Shown here piece by piece: positions 1-11,721 of a stretch of DNA of 64,000 bases. The notes under the pieces were generated by a model. The model was not told the origin of the DNA. It did no database searches and worked only from the letters and a program-made list of their open reading frames with translations. The stretch covers positions 79,298,001 through 79,362,000 of the forward strand of contig OX597825.1 of NCBI GenBank assembly GCA_951406725.2, given 5' to 3'. Origin of the DNA: Octopus vulgaris. Its lineage: Eukaryota. Position 1 is the stretch's first letter; the number at the start of each line of letters is the position of its first letter. Both the position numbers and the translations under genes were made by a program.

Positions 1-339
1 TGCTCCTGTGCCTCGGCTGCGTGTGAAGATTAGCTTCTCTGTTAGCCTGCTTGTGATCCCATTACACATCTTGTACATCTACAGTTGACACTTGGTACAC
101 TCTACTGAATACCTGCTTGCTCCTTTTCTATAAACTGAGAAAGGCCACTTTCCTAGTGAAATCAGGGTCCTGCCTGCTTTCTTACTTACTAAAACCTTAT
201 ATTTTGTTAAATACATTTAGAGGTCCCTTACTCTTAGGTTTTGCTTCCATATCTGGAATTTCTTTTCTAATTTTACTAAAGGTTCAATTACAAGAGCCAA
301 GTCATCACCATAAAGAAGCTTCTATGGTCAACTGGTCTT

Positions 340-790
340 AAACTTCTCTTTTATGGCTTAGTGAACTATAAAGAAGAGAAGGGGTATGAAGACTGATCCC
401 TGGTGCACCCCCTACTTTCACTCTGAATTCTTCACTGTATTTATCAATAATCTTCACCTTGTTGATTGCACCTCTGTACATCAATTGCACAGCTCCCACA
501 AGCCATTTGTTTACTCTAAACTTCCTCAGTGACCATCAGATCATAGAAAAGGGAACCTATCCCAGGTGTTTTCTCAGTCAATAAAAGCCAGGTATAATGG
601 GGTGTGCTCATTTCTGGCAAGATACTTCTGCAATTGGAAATTGGCATTTAAAGTAATTTTTCCTGGCACAAAACCAAACTGTGTAGCATCAACTGTTAAC
701 TCTCTCTTTAATCAATTGTGCTATAATGCTACATCTTTCATAACCTGATCTAATAACTTAATATCTCTGTAGTTTCTCCTCTACGATTCT
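340..790 (-). mobile_element. Decayed RTE-clade LINE reverse transcriptase fragment
   Basis: Minus-strand translation gives RT motifs QFGFVPG, LYLAFID, WSLRKF and FRVKVGVHQGS, interrupted by stops and frameshifts. Confidence 0.8.
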
Positions 791-799
791 GATATTTTA

Positions 800-1248
800 A
801 TTTCTTTTGTTGCAGATTTTTTAATAAACAAGTGTCGAGGTTACAAGGAAAATGGAAAAAAACTGAGTATTGTGCTGCCATAAAGTACCTTCAATTGAAA
901 GGCATGACTCTATCAGAAATTCATAAAGATATTGTGAAAACCTTAACAGAGAATGCTCCTTCATGTGCAACAGTTAAATACTGGGTAAATGAATTCCAGC
1001 GTGGCAGGGAGAGTATGGAAGATGATCCCAGACCAGGAGACCTCCAACTGCAACCACCGAGGACAATATTGACCTTGCTCTTGGTTTGATAATGCAAGAT
1101 CGCCAAATATCATGTCGCCAGATAGCTGAGAGAGTGGGCATCTCAAATGAAAGAGCAGACAACATTGTGACAAAAGAACTTGGGTTCTCAAAGGTTTTTG
1201 CAGGGTGGGTCCCTCACCTTTTGACTCCTGAACAGAAACGCACCATTA
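800..1248 (+). mobile_element. Mariner transposase N-terminal (HTH) pseudogene fragment
   Basis: ORFs 832-1089 and 1086-1346 read KTEYCAAIKYL..GMT.SEIH..TVKYWVNEFQRGRESMEDDPRPG and RQIAERVGIS..GWVPHLLTPEQKR, which includes the mariner WVPHEL-type motif; frameshifted. Confidence 0.85.
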
Positions 1249-1665
1249 GATATGATACCTTCTTGTACTGCTTGGTTTACAATGCAGAAGACCCACCCAC
1301 ATCCCACCCTGCCAGATATGTTAAGCATTTCAGCTGTGATTCCTGATGGATCAGGAGCCTTTCTTGCATTCATACCTTTAATTACTTAATTCACCAAACT
1401 ACGCTCAACTCTGTTGGGTCTAATTGGGTTAGACCCTCTTTCTCCCATGCATCTTCCTCATCCGACAGCCCCTAGTAATAGCACTTCCATGGCTCTCCCC
1501 TTTCAATGACTGTTAGAGCAAAAGTGCCGTCGTCTTTTCATACACCCCTCACTTATTATTCTGACTCTCTTTCACTAATCCCCTGATTTGATCTTTCCTC
1601 TTTTCCTTCTATTCCCTGTTTTTGTCTTATCGTTCTGTCATGCACTGCTTTACCCAACCATGCAT
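1249..1665 (-). mobile_element. RTE LINE fragment (pre-RT linker)
   Basis: ORF 1188-1373 (-) reads KAPDPSGITAEML..IVNQAVQEG; related in sequence to the plus-strand RTE piece at 4545-5515. Confidence 0.7.
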
Positions 1666-1667
1666 AA

Positions 1668-1893
1668 CAAGGAGATGCTGAAGAGTTCCTGGTTTTAAGG
1701 GTATCACGAAAGGCTTGGTTGGAGGCTCAACCTTCTGAGTTCTTTTACAAAGCTTAGAAAAACTGAAGGACCAATGCAATAAGTGTGTGAATCTGAGAGA
1801 GGAATATGTTCAATAAAATCCTAATTAATGGATCCTCCTGTATTTTCTTTTACTTGAAGCCAGGAACTTTTCAGCCTCCCCCCCCCCCTCATG
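1668..1893. mobile_element. Mariner-derived MITE
   Basis: Terminal inverted repeats gatgctgaagagttcctgg / ccaggaacttttcagcctc; the interior matches a transposase C-terminus (LEKL.D.CNKCVNLREEYV*); same family as 41943-42166. Confidence 0.75.
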
Positions 1894-2254
1894 TAACTTG
1901 TGATAGCACTACATCTCTTTCTTGTCAATCTTCATCACTGTCCGGCACTCTCTAACTCCCACTTTCTCTCTCTCTCTTTCTCATTAACCCCCTCCCCCAA
2001 TACAGCTTTTTACTTTCCTTCTTATTATCGTCTTCCCTAGCACTATACACTCACTGAGCAATAAACCTGGAACTGCCTTGAAACCTAACAAACAGTTCTA
2101 CCTCTGCCAGCATAGAAAGCATATGTAAAATCACGATGATGATGAAGATGATATTTTTATATGAGACTATATACGTGTATATATGTACGTATGCATGTAC
2201 ATAAGTATGTATTGTATGTGTGCGTGTGTGTGTGTACATATGTACATACATACA

Positions 2255-2285
<31 letters not shown>

Positions 2286-2397
2286 GCGTACATATATATA
2301 AAATAAGGCTCGCACTCCAGGTACCAAACCTTTAACCCCATGTTTGGGAGTGCCATGGGTTACAACATTAAATGGAAAATTTAGGGGAAGAACAAGT

Positions 2398-2474
2398 TTT
2401 ATTTCAATGTTTGCTGAAAGTGCGGATCATGTGTAAACAAGAAAAGAATTCTATCCTCCAGACAACCACTGAAA
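2398..2474 (-). other. Candidate terminal exon of a small minus-strand transcript
   Basis: Acceptor tttctgcag, then an in-frame TGA at 2406-2404 immediately followed by AATAAA (2403-2398). The intron to the upstream exon would be only 58-64 nt. Confidence 0.25.
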
Positions 2475-2532
2475 CTGCAGAAATGAAATTTTCAGCCTAT
2501 GCCCACATGGGAGAAGGTACATGTAATCTTAC

Positions 2533-2595
2533 CGCCAAGTAACACCATGATTATAAGTGCTAGAATCTTCACCATTGATCTTTCCAGCACACATC
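2533..2595 (-). CDS. Candidate exon encoding a signal-peptide-like start MVKILALIIMVLLG
   Basis: Acceptor ttttgctaagttctcag|G and donor GCG|gtaaga; ATG at 2575 gives 14 mostly hydrophobic codons followed by a phase-1 intron. Confidence 0.3.
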
Positions 2596-2929
2596 CTGAG
2601 AACTTAGCAAAATTTTGATCAGACCATGCACACATGAACACATGCATATGTACCTTAACAAAGGGTTAAAAGTTTGGGCACCTGCCTTATTCTCCCTCTA
2701 AACTCCCCTATACTATATCAATCATACATACATACCAGCCCCTTAAAACACCTCCTACACATTTATCCACCAGACACTTGCTGCATCACAACTAATTCAA
2801 GTTCTTTCTTTTTTTTTTTATGGGGCAATGGGCAAGGACATAACTCTTGATACATCCTTTGCAATTATTTCCCCCATCTTTTTTTTTCACAGCATCCTTA
2901 AACCAGATGTGACAATTTCTCAACTCCTC

Positions 2930-3130
2930 ATCTGGCACCTGTGCCGGTGGCACGTAGAAAGCACCCACTACACTCACGGAGTGGTTGGCGTTAGGAAGGG
3001 CATCCAGCTGTAGAAACACTGCCAGATCAGACTGGGCCTGGTGCAGCCATATGGCTTCCCAGACCCCAGTTGAACTGTCCAACCCATGCTAGCATGGAAA
3101 ATGGACGTTAAACGATGATGATGATGATGA
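2930..3130 (+). mobile_element. SINE/LINE-tail family with (GAT)n tail; other copies at ~7025-7290(-), 26555-26830(+), 29600-29940(-), 53335-53620(-), 55150-55520(+)
   Basis: Shared core ggcgttaggaagggcatccagctgtagaaac...aacccatgctagcatggaaa..ggacgttaaacgatgatgat in multiple copies. Confidence 0.85.
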
Positions 3131-3504
3131 ATAAGAAAGGGCAGTTGCCATATTTTTTTCTCATGTTTGCTATCCTGAAAGGTATGTGTATTAGACAACT
3201 GCCCTGTTATTTAATATCAAGTTATCTAACACCTGGTGTGGAACTAACAGGTATAATCGGCTGCAATGGATTTATAATACTGCATGGTTTGATTAATATA
3301 CAACCATTCTATTGACACATATATGTGTATATTTTGTTGATTTTGTTATACAGCGCTGGTCACAATGCACTTCTTTGCATTGTTGTTATGCATGTACATA
3401 TGTGTGTGCATATACATACATATATATATATGTATATATAGAGGATTTGCATCCCCAACGTAGAATTTTTGATGTAACACATGTCCTTGTGGAAGCTGTT
3501 GTGC

Positions 3505-3582
3505 GCGGCTGAAGAAGGCCATAGACACACATTATGCATTGTTATAAATCCGTCTAATAAAGGCCCGAAACATATGTACCGC
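3505..3582 (+). ncRNA. Type I hammerhead ribozyme with long loop II, in a Penelope-like terminal fragment (~3430-3680)
   Basis: Stem I GCGG/CCGC; core CUGAAGA (3509-3515); stem II A-GGCC..~40 nt..GGCC-C; GAAA (3567-3570); palindromic stem III ACAUAUGU; predicted GUA cleavage after 3578. Confidence 0.75.
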
Positions 3583-3679
3583 TGAATCCTTGGCATCATG
3601 TTTTTATTTTGATTAATTTACTCCACCACCTAACGGTATATACAGGTGCTTACATTATCAAGTACTCACCCTGAATTTC

Positions 3680-3747
<68 letters not shown>

Positions 3748-4217
3748 CATATACATATATACATGTATTCGATCCTTTTTCCAAGAAATCTAATGCTCGT
3801 AGCTTAGTTTTTCCTTGGGGCTGGCCGGATCGGAGCGATTTCAAGATTAATCAGCCGAAATTGCGAGGATGATCCAGTTCTTGACTGAAGATTAGAGGCT
3901 TCAAATGACCCGTCTGTTTTTTTGTGTCATCTATTTGAATGTTTTGCGTTCTTGTCCCATTTTGTATTTTTATATATATGTTTTATACATATATATACAT
4001 ATATATACACAGATTCTTCAATTCTATTTACTATTATCAACATTTGCTGTCTCGTTAAATTAACTATGCCACTCAAATCCCAAATTATATATTTCTACCT
4101 CGTGTCCCAAACCACCCCCTCTCTCTGTCTCACTATGTCTCTCTTAATGCCTCCACTGAAAGAATACATGTCCAGATGCTCTCGTCCATATTTGCTAGTT
4201 CGTCAACATGCTGAAAA

Positions 4218-4311
4218 ATAGATGCTAAATCATCTAACCTCATAAAATATTTTTATGTGTGTAATAATACAAGTGAAAGTATTTTATGTGGTTAGATGAT
4301 TTAGTGTCTAT
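4218..4311. repeat. 32-bp inverted repeat (fold-back) at a Penelope-like end
   Basis: atagatgctaaatcatctaacctcataaaata (4218-4249) vs reverse complement of 4280-4311, 3 mismatches. Confidence 0.7.
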
Positions 4312-4450
4312 ATTGGCAAAGAAAATTTTTTTCTTTTGCCCTTACTTATAATTGTATTTATAATTTCACCTTAAAAGGTATTTTTCATATGCTGGCCACT
4401 GATAAAAAAAAAATTACCCTTGTATTAGAAGTATATATATATATTTATAC

Positions 4451-4537
<87 letters not shown>

Positions 4538-4544
4538 GATATTT

Positions 4545-5515
4545 CATTGGCCATGTCAGATGACAGCACGGTATCTTCCATAGTGTACATAGGGGCCATG
4601 GAATTGGTTCCTGAAACAAAGAGGGAACAAGGCTGCTGGAGTTCTGTGATGCAAATAACCTATTGATCTGCAGCACCAACTTCAGGAAGTCAGCCAGTGA
4701 CCTGATAACCTACCAATCAGGTGACAGATCGATTACATTCGCACTAGACAGTGGGGTGCATGGTTGCTCTTAAATACAAAGACGCACCCTGGTGAGGAAT
4801 GTACCCCACTGCACCCCATCATTGATTAGTCATTAGTGACTTTAGACTCCAGGCCAGAAGGATGCCAAGAAGCACAAATGTGGAAAAAAGGGATTTGGAA
4901 GATTAAGGACCCTTCATATCGTCAGAGATTTAGGGACATCCTAATTGAGAAATTTGATGAGAGGAAGAAGGAGCTACAGACGTGTGACATAGAGAGCAAC
5001 TGGGAATTCCTGCGAGGCAGATTGCTGAGTGCCACTGATCAAATCTGTGACTGGTGCCAAGTCCTATCCTGACCTAAGGTGATGTAGTGGTGGAATGATG
5101 CTGTAGACAGGGCCACTAGAGCAAAGAAAGAGGCCGAGAAGGCTTGGAAGAGTTGGGGTAGCAGGGAGCTGTATCAGATAGCCAGAAGGGAAGCTAGAAG
5201 ACAGGTATATCTAGCCAAGTGAGAAGCAGAAAAGAAGTTTGCCAATGTTCATCGGCATGAGGACCAAAGAACTGAAGTATTTCAGATTGCAAGACAGTGT
5301 CTGAGAGAAAATTGTGATGTCATAGGAGAGAAATGTATCCGCATGGATGATGGGACACTTGCATTTAATGATTCTGCAAAGAAAGAGACTTGGAAATGCC
5401 ATTATGAAAGACTGATGAATGTGGTGAACAAATGGGAGGAAGAGAGTCTGTCAAATGTCGACCCAATTGAGGGACCAGCTATTCGAATCAACAGTACCTT
5501 GGTAGGTAAAGCAAA
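4545..5515 (+). mobile_element. Decayed RTE LINE ORF fragment (endonuclease C-terminus to linker)
   Basis: Translation NKEGTRLLEFCDANNLLICSTNFRK..ITYQSG..IDYI, then IWKIKDP..RFRD, and WKCHYERLMNVVNKWEE; multiple stops. Confidence 0.85.
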
Positions 5516-5633
5516 ATGTAGAGACCTTTAGATGATGAATTTATATGTATAAATACATAGATGTTTATATTAATAGGTCCAACTTACACAGAGCATAAAC
5601 GACAGAGAAAATTAAAGGGGCAGAAGAAAGGTG

Positions 5634-5775
5634 TTGTAAGTCTAACAGCTGTTTCTGGGGTCTTTGGAGATCCATAACAATGTTGGTAGATGTAACTAAT
5701 CACAATATGCAGCTGTATGGATGGGCAATTAACTCTGGATGAGACAAGCCTCAATCATCAGGGTAGAGATCTTAC
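5634..5775 (-). ncRNA. Degenerate type I hammerhead in a Penelope-like 3' region
   Basis: Minus strand reads CUGAUGA UUGAGG..~95 nt..CCCCA GAAA CAGCUG UU AGACUUAC; stem III is the palindrome ACAGCUGU; stem I is disrupted. Confidence 0.45.
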
Positions 5776-6436
5776 ATTTCAGATCTTAATGCAGAGAAGT
5801 TCAAAGATGGAATGATTAAATGTGGAGAGTATTGAATAAGTGGGGGGTGTAGGAGGGTTAGTGGGGGTTATGGGGAGTATTAAGAGAGGGAATGGTGAGA
5901 GGAGAAAAGATAGTTCGGGAAGAGTGAGGGGTTAATAATGAAGGTACAAAGGAAGGTAGTAGTAGAGGTGCAAAGATAGGTGATGAATAGAAAGGTAAGA
6001 TAGATGGTATTTGAATGGTAGTCTGTTGTGCTGTGTTTGTCAAAGTTTTGGGATGAAAGCTATAGAATTATTGGAAGTTGAGATTGTGAGAAAAGGAATG
6101 GTAATTATTTGGGGGAAGTAAAGCTGCCTGGTTCAGTGGCAGAGGGAGATTACTAAGGTATGTAGAATGGTATGAGAGGAAGAGAGGTGGAGGGGGATGG
6201 AGGTGGAGGGTGAGTTGGTAGTCAAGATAGCAGTGATTAGAAGAATAATGCATGTGGGTTGGTACTGGAGGGGGTGGGGTGGGGGTTCTGAGATATGCAG
6301 TGGTGTATGGAATTGAATAGAGGGAGGTGAAGAGAGAGGTGAAGGGAGAGATTGACAGGTTAGTATCTGAGTGAGTGGGGTAGTATTTAGTACTTTTGGT
6401 TGAAGAGAAGTGGGAGAAGGGAAAGAACACTTGTGA

Positions 6437-6472
<36 letters not shown>

Positions 6473-6607
6473 ACACACATATGTATGTATGTCCTAATAA
6501 ACTTACTGTTATGAATTTGATTTTGATTTATATATATAATATTTTGATATATATACACATACACACATACACACACATACACACATGCAGACACATACAC
6601 ACATGCA

Positions 6608-6706
<99 letters not shown>

Positions 6707-7316
6707 CCATGTATCTTTGTGTGTAAAACTTACTGTTAATAAAAGTCAGGGTGTGTTGTGTTATTCAATAAATGAAAAAAAAATGTATTGGTTTATTTGC
6801 TCTGTTTGCCGTATATTCCCTGCAACTTTCATGGGCACCACCAGAATGGGAAGTTCTCAGTCTTATCATTAACGGTGTGGAACTGAGCAATACCTTCTGG
6901 TTGACAACTGATGAAGAATTGGGGACCTTCTGTGTCTGTCTCCCATCCGGTTGCACACTCAGTATATGTTAAATGTTTTTTTACCTGTCGTTTGTTTATT
7001 TATAATACATTTTTCATTTATTTATAATCATCGTCGTCATTTAACGTCTGCTTTCCATGCTGGCATGGATTGGACAGTTTGAGGACTGGCAAGCCGGGAG
7101 GCTGTACCAGGCTCCAATATGATTTGGCAAGGTTTCTACAGCTGCATGCCCTTCCTAATGACAACCACTCTGAGAGTGTAGTGGGTGCTTTGTACATGTC
7201 ACTGGCACTGGCATCGACCACGCTCAAATGGTGCTTTTTATGTGTCACCAGCACGGGTTCCAGTCGGGCAGCACTGGCATTGGTCATGCTTGTGAATTAT
7301 ATATGTGGATTTCATC

Positions 7317-7411
7317 CAGATAGTTTTGGCTGAGGAGCTACAAGTGGGTTTTTTGTGAGTAAAATTACATTTAATTCATTTATAGCGAAACAATTGTCCC
7401 AAAATAATCTG
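7317..7411 (+). ncRNA. Hammerhead ribozyme, array copy 1
   Basis: Stem I CAGAUAGUUUUGG/CCAAAAUAAUCUG; CUGAGGA (7330-7336); stem II GCUA..UAGC with a 42-nt loop; GAAA (7387-7390); stem III palindrome ACAAUUGU; GUC cleavage after 7398. Confidence 0.88.
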
Positions 7412-7850
7412 TATTTTTGTTATTTTTTATTTGCCCTGTTCGTGTGAGCTAACAATCGTACTGACTTTCATGGGAAATATGTATTTTTTGTGGTTGAAAC
7501 CTTTTGGATTTACTAGTGCTAGAGTGAGCCACATAGTGACCACTCTCTTATATTTATTTTTATAAAATATTATAATATGTTATAAAATATTATAATAATC
7601 CAGGTTTCTCGGGGCACTGGGCCACTTGGTGTGGAATAGGTATACTATTAAATTAGTATCTAATTCTCTCACCCTTATTAATTAATTATAATTATGCTAC
7701 ATTTATTTCTAAATGTAGTATTTGTTTCCGTGAAAGTTTGGCGCGCTGTTGGTAGGGGCATTTGAATTATAACGTCGGATGTAATCAATTGAACCACACG
7801 TGTATTTATCGTTATGGTAAAATCTAGTGTGTGATTGAGTGGATTTCATC

Positions 7851-7945
7851 CAGATAGTTTTGGCTGAGGAGCTACAAGTGGGTTTTTTGTGAGTAAAATT
7901 ACATTTAATTCATTAATAGCGAAACAATTGTCCCAAAATAATCTG
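7851..7945 (+). ncRNA. Hammerhead ribozyme, array copy 2
   Basis: Same architecture as copy 1; CUGAGGA at 7864, GAAA at 7921, cleavage after C7932. Confidence 0.88.
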
Positions 7946-8386
7946 TATTTTTGTTATTTTTTATTTGCCCTGTTCGTGTGAGCTAACAATCGTACTGACT
8001 TTCATGGGAAACATGTATTTTTTGTGGTTGAAACCTTTTGGATTTACTAGTGCTAGAGTGAGCCACATAGTGACCACTTTCTTATATTTATTTTTGTATA
8101 AAATATTATAATATGTTATAAAATATTATAATAATCCAGGTTTCTCGGGGCACTGGGCCACTTGGTGTGGAATAGGTATACTATTAAATTAGTATCTAAT
8201 TCTCTCACCCTTATTAATTAATTATAATTATGCTACATTTATTTCTAAATGTAGTATTTGTTTCCGTGAAAGTTTGGCGCGCTGTTGGTAGGGGCATTTG
8301 AATTATAACGTCGGATGTAATCAATTGAACCACACGTGTATTTATCGTTATGGTAAAATCTAGTGTGTGATTGAGTGGATTTCATC

Positions 8387-8481
8387 CAGATAGTTTTGGC
8401 TGAGGAGCTACAAGTGGGTTTTTTGTGAGTAAAATTACATTTAATTCATTAATAGCGAAACAATTGTCCCAAAATAATCTG
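8387..8481 (+). ncRNA. Hammerhead ribozyme, array copy 3
   Basis: Same architecture as copy 1; CUGAGGA at 8400, GAAA at 8457, cleavage after C8468. Confidence 0.88.
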
Positions 8482-8967
8482 TATTTTTGTTATTTTTTAT
8501 TTGCCCTGTTCGTGTGAGCTAACAATCGTACTGACTTTCATGGGAAACATGTATTTTTTGTGGTTGAAACCTTTTGGATTTACTAGTGCTAGAGTGAGCC
8601 ACATAGTGACCACTCTCTTATATTTATTTTTGTATAAAATATTATAATATGTTATAAAATATTATAATAATCCAGGTTTCTCGGGGCACTGGGCCACTTG
8701 GTGTGGAATAGGTATACTATTAAATTAGTATCTAATTCTCTCACCTTTATTAATTAATTATATATATATATATATATATACATACACACATACATACACA
8801 ATAATAACTATATAATAATGTATCATGATAATAATGATAATAATAATAATATATACTCCAATTTAGAGCAACATTTATATATAAACAAATGACTGAAAAA
8901 TGATGAGCTAACCAAGGCCAGAATCGAACCCACAAATAACTTTCAAAGCCTTCTTGTTAGTTTACAA

Positions 8968-9000
<33 letters not shown>

Positions 9001-9381
9001 TATTTATATATATATATGTATATATTCATGTATCTGTGTATATAAATGTGTGTATGTATATGCACACACACACATATTATGCATGTATTTATGTGCATGT
9101 GTGTGTGTGTTTGATTTTGGTTAATTAGGTGGTGGGGTGTGTATAGATATGCATGTTCCTTTCTGTTTTTAATTTGAACTCTTTCTGTAAGAAAAGAGCT
9201 GGGGTTTTTTTTTTCTTTTTTTTTTACAAAGATACAAAGCCTTGTTGATGGAATCTAGACAACAAAACCAAATTCACATTTCGAACTTGAGAAAAGTCTT
9301 GCATTATTTTACTGTTCCACTTACAAATTGTATTTGTAATGTGTGAATTTGCTGACGGATTTCTTTTTCTGAAAACCTTAC

Positions 9382-9576
9382 CTTATCCTGATTGCCACTT
9401 AGGCATTTCCTCAGAAAACCAGTTATTATTGGTATAAATGTGAATTTACAATTTGAACATGGAAGCTGGAAGTTTCAAAGCATTTGTCCATAGTGATCCT
9501 CTTTCTGTTTGATTTCCAAAGAGATATTCATACCAGTAGGGCAGCCAACCTCTAGACGTACATTCTTTCTCTCATC
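9382..9576 (-). other. Candidate internal exon (195 nt; probably 5'UTR or non-coding)
   Basis: Apparently unique sequence bounded by acceptor ttgttgtttag|G and a strong donor AAG|gtaagg; all three frames contain a stop. Confidence 0.35.
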
Positions 9577-9821
9577 CTAAACAACAATATCTGGTCTGTT
9601 ACGTTTACATCTGACAGAGGTTTTGATGGTTTTGTTCCACCAATATTCCTTGTGTATATACGTATATGTATATACATTACACACACACACGCACACCCAC
9701 ACACACACACGATGGATTCTCTTGTCACAAACGACATATGAGGGTTCGGTAAAATAAAGTGTAAATCATGTTCAATGGACATGAATATGTATGTACACAC
9801 ACACACACACACACACACATT

Positions 9822-10262
9822 CGGCTGTATGTTAAGTAGCTTGCTTACGAACCACATGGTTCCGGGTTCAGTTCCACTGTGTGGCACCTTGGGCAAGTGT
9901 CCTCTACTATAGCCTCGGGCCGACCAAAGCCTTGTGAATGGATTTGGTAGACGGAAACTGAAAGAAGCACATCGCATATATGTATATATATATGTAATCA
10001 GTAATAATATAGGGTGAAATTAATGTATATATATATATGTATATGTGTGTATATGTTTGCGTGTCTGTGTTTGTCACCCCAACATTGCTTGACAACCGAT
10101 GCTGGTGTGTTTACGTCTCCGTAACTTAGCGGTTCGGCAAAAAAACCCGATAGAATAAGTACTAGGCTTACAAAGAAAAAGTCCTGGGGTCGATTTGCTC
10201 GACTAAAGGCGGTGCTGCAGCATGGCCACAGTCAAATGACTGAAACAAGAGACTAAAAGAGT
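9822..10262 (+). mobile_element. tRNA-derived composite SINE with internal microsatellite; other copies at ~15555-15955(+), 19665-20110(+), 22085-22710(-), 31388-31810(+), 36120-36590(+), 51040-51460(-), 53965-54350(-), plus partial copies
   Basis: Head tggctgtgtggtaagtagcttgct..ggttccgggttcagtcccactg with A/B-box-like motifs, body ending ggaaactgaaagaagc, a (TA/TG)n insert, and a second module ending cagtcaaatgactgaaacaagtaaaagagt. Confidence 0.9.
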
Positions 10263-10520
10263 AAATAATATATACTACATCGTACGTACAGAGGGGGCAA
10301 GAAGGAGGGAAAAGCAGAGAGAGGGGCGAGAAAGGGAGAGAGAGAGAGAGATGAATACTAAAGCCGTAGATAATTAACAAGATTAGATTAAGATTTAAAA
10401 AAGGCAGATTGCCTGGCTTGCGAAAGAGTATCGTACAATCACAACGCACTGTCCTGTCCAGGAATCGAATCCATGACATCATGAGGGAAAGTCGAAAACT
10501 CTACTCTCGATTACGCTTAC

Positions 10521-10560
10521 CATTTAGCAAATATTTTCATTCAACGAGATTAATTCAGAA
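10521..10560 (-). promoter_or_regulatory. Candidate first-exon end / promoter region of a minus-strand transcript
   Basis: Donor ATG|gtaagcg at 10521/10520, inside a stretch (~10.2-12 kb) that by eye retains more CpG than its flanks. Confidence 0.3.
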
Positions 10561-11721
10561 AACGAAAAAATATTAGGATTCAAAATAAAAAAAAAATAGA
10601 GCGACATTTTTAAAGAAAAGTCCAAGGGAGGTAATTCTAATATGTGCCCATTAGAGTTACCTCCACTGTGGACGTCAACTTAAACGAGTTACATTTATGT
10701 AACTATTTGATCTGTTAGAAATATCAGCCGAGACTTCCTCATTTTACACACTTGTTTTTTAAAAAACGAAGGACACATTGAATAATGCAGTCCAAGAAAT
10801 AACAGGCTTACTCCATTTTACATCAATAATTGGTTCCAGGACATACGATTTAACTCGACAAAGGCGCAATATGAAAATCGTTTAAAAAATTTTATTAGCT
10901 TATATCTGTTTTAATAAATTTTTTAAAATGGTTTGTTCGTATTTTCAAGTGTATTTTATTTGATTTTCCTCTTCTTTATTGGTTTTTAGGGTCTGTTCAA
11001 TTTGGATCACAGGTTTTTAAATTAATTTTTTTTTTAACTAGCTTCCATCTCATCGCTCCTGAACAACCTTTAAATTAAGAAGAATTCCAGATTTGATCAA
11101 CCCATCTTTCTTTCAAGAACAGTAGAGGTTATACCTCAACATACCTCGTTTCAAGTTACGTCTTTTTCGACCCTACGTCAGTTTTGAAAGAAATTTATTG
11201 AAAAAAAATCAATAAATAAACCTTGTCTTGGGTCGATTTATTATTCGACTTTATGTCGGTCTCAACGAACACATTTAAAAGCATAAAAATTAAGAAAAAA
11301 CCTAAGAACCAGCAATGTTCACTTAAGATTTCCAGTGAAGAAATTTCAACGTGGTTTACTTGACCTGTTAGAACAAGCTGTTAAATCTTCCTATTGCTTT
11401 TAAAAAGGAAGGACATGTTTCATAATGCAGTCTCGGATGTCTTTTATCTTTTATCTTATTCTTGTTTCAGTCTTTGGTTTGCGGCCATGCTGGAGCACAG
11501 CCTCGAAGGGTTTTAGACTAAAAAATTGACCCCAGGACTTGATTTCTTTTAACGCCTGGTACTTATTCTATCGTTCACTTTTTGCCAAACTGCTAAGTTA
11601 TGAGCGTAAACAAACCAACACCAGTTATCAAGGTGTCTGGGGGAACACACAAGCACAAGGGCATACATACATACATACGTACCTACCTCCATACATACAT
11701 ACATACATACATACATACATA

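Larger units (their letters stand above)
7305..8762 (+). mobile_element. Tandem array of ~535-bp units (2.7 copies), each with a type I hammerhead: retrozyme-like / Penelope pseudo-LTR array
   Basis: Unit starts at 7305, 7839 and 8375 (periods 534 and 536) with only a handful of differences; non-coding; ends in (TA)n. Confidence 0.9.

Noticed and set aside
3760-3990. gactgaaga motif here and at ~33750 as possible hammerhead cores
   Set aside because: No downstream stem II-GAAA-UH arrangement; more likely 3' ends of non-LTR elements in TA tracts.
6068-6726. Long ORFs rich in CV/HT/YI dipeptides (also 22092-22857, 24114-24748, 32433-32951, 46606-47175)
   Set aside because: They are translations of (CA)n, (TA)n and (TACA)n microsatellites.
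6905-6940. CUGAUGA followed by an AGAA/UUCU hairpin
   Set aside because: No GAAA after the stem and no stem I or III; not a hammerhead.
9382-9576. Single in-frame UGA in the 195-nt candidate exon as selenocysteine
   Set aside because: No recognisable selenoprotein motif or SECIS element; chance is the simpler explanation.
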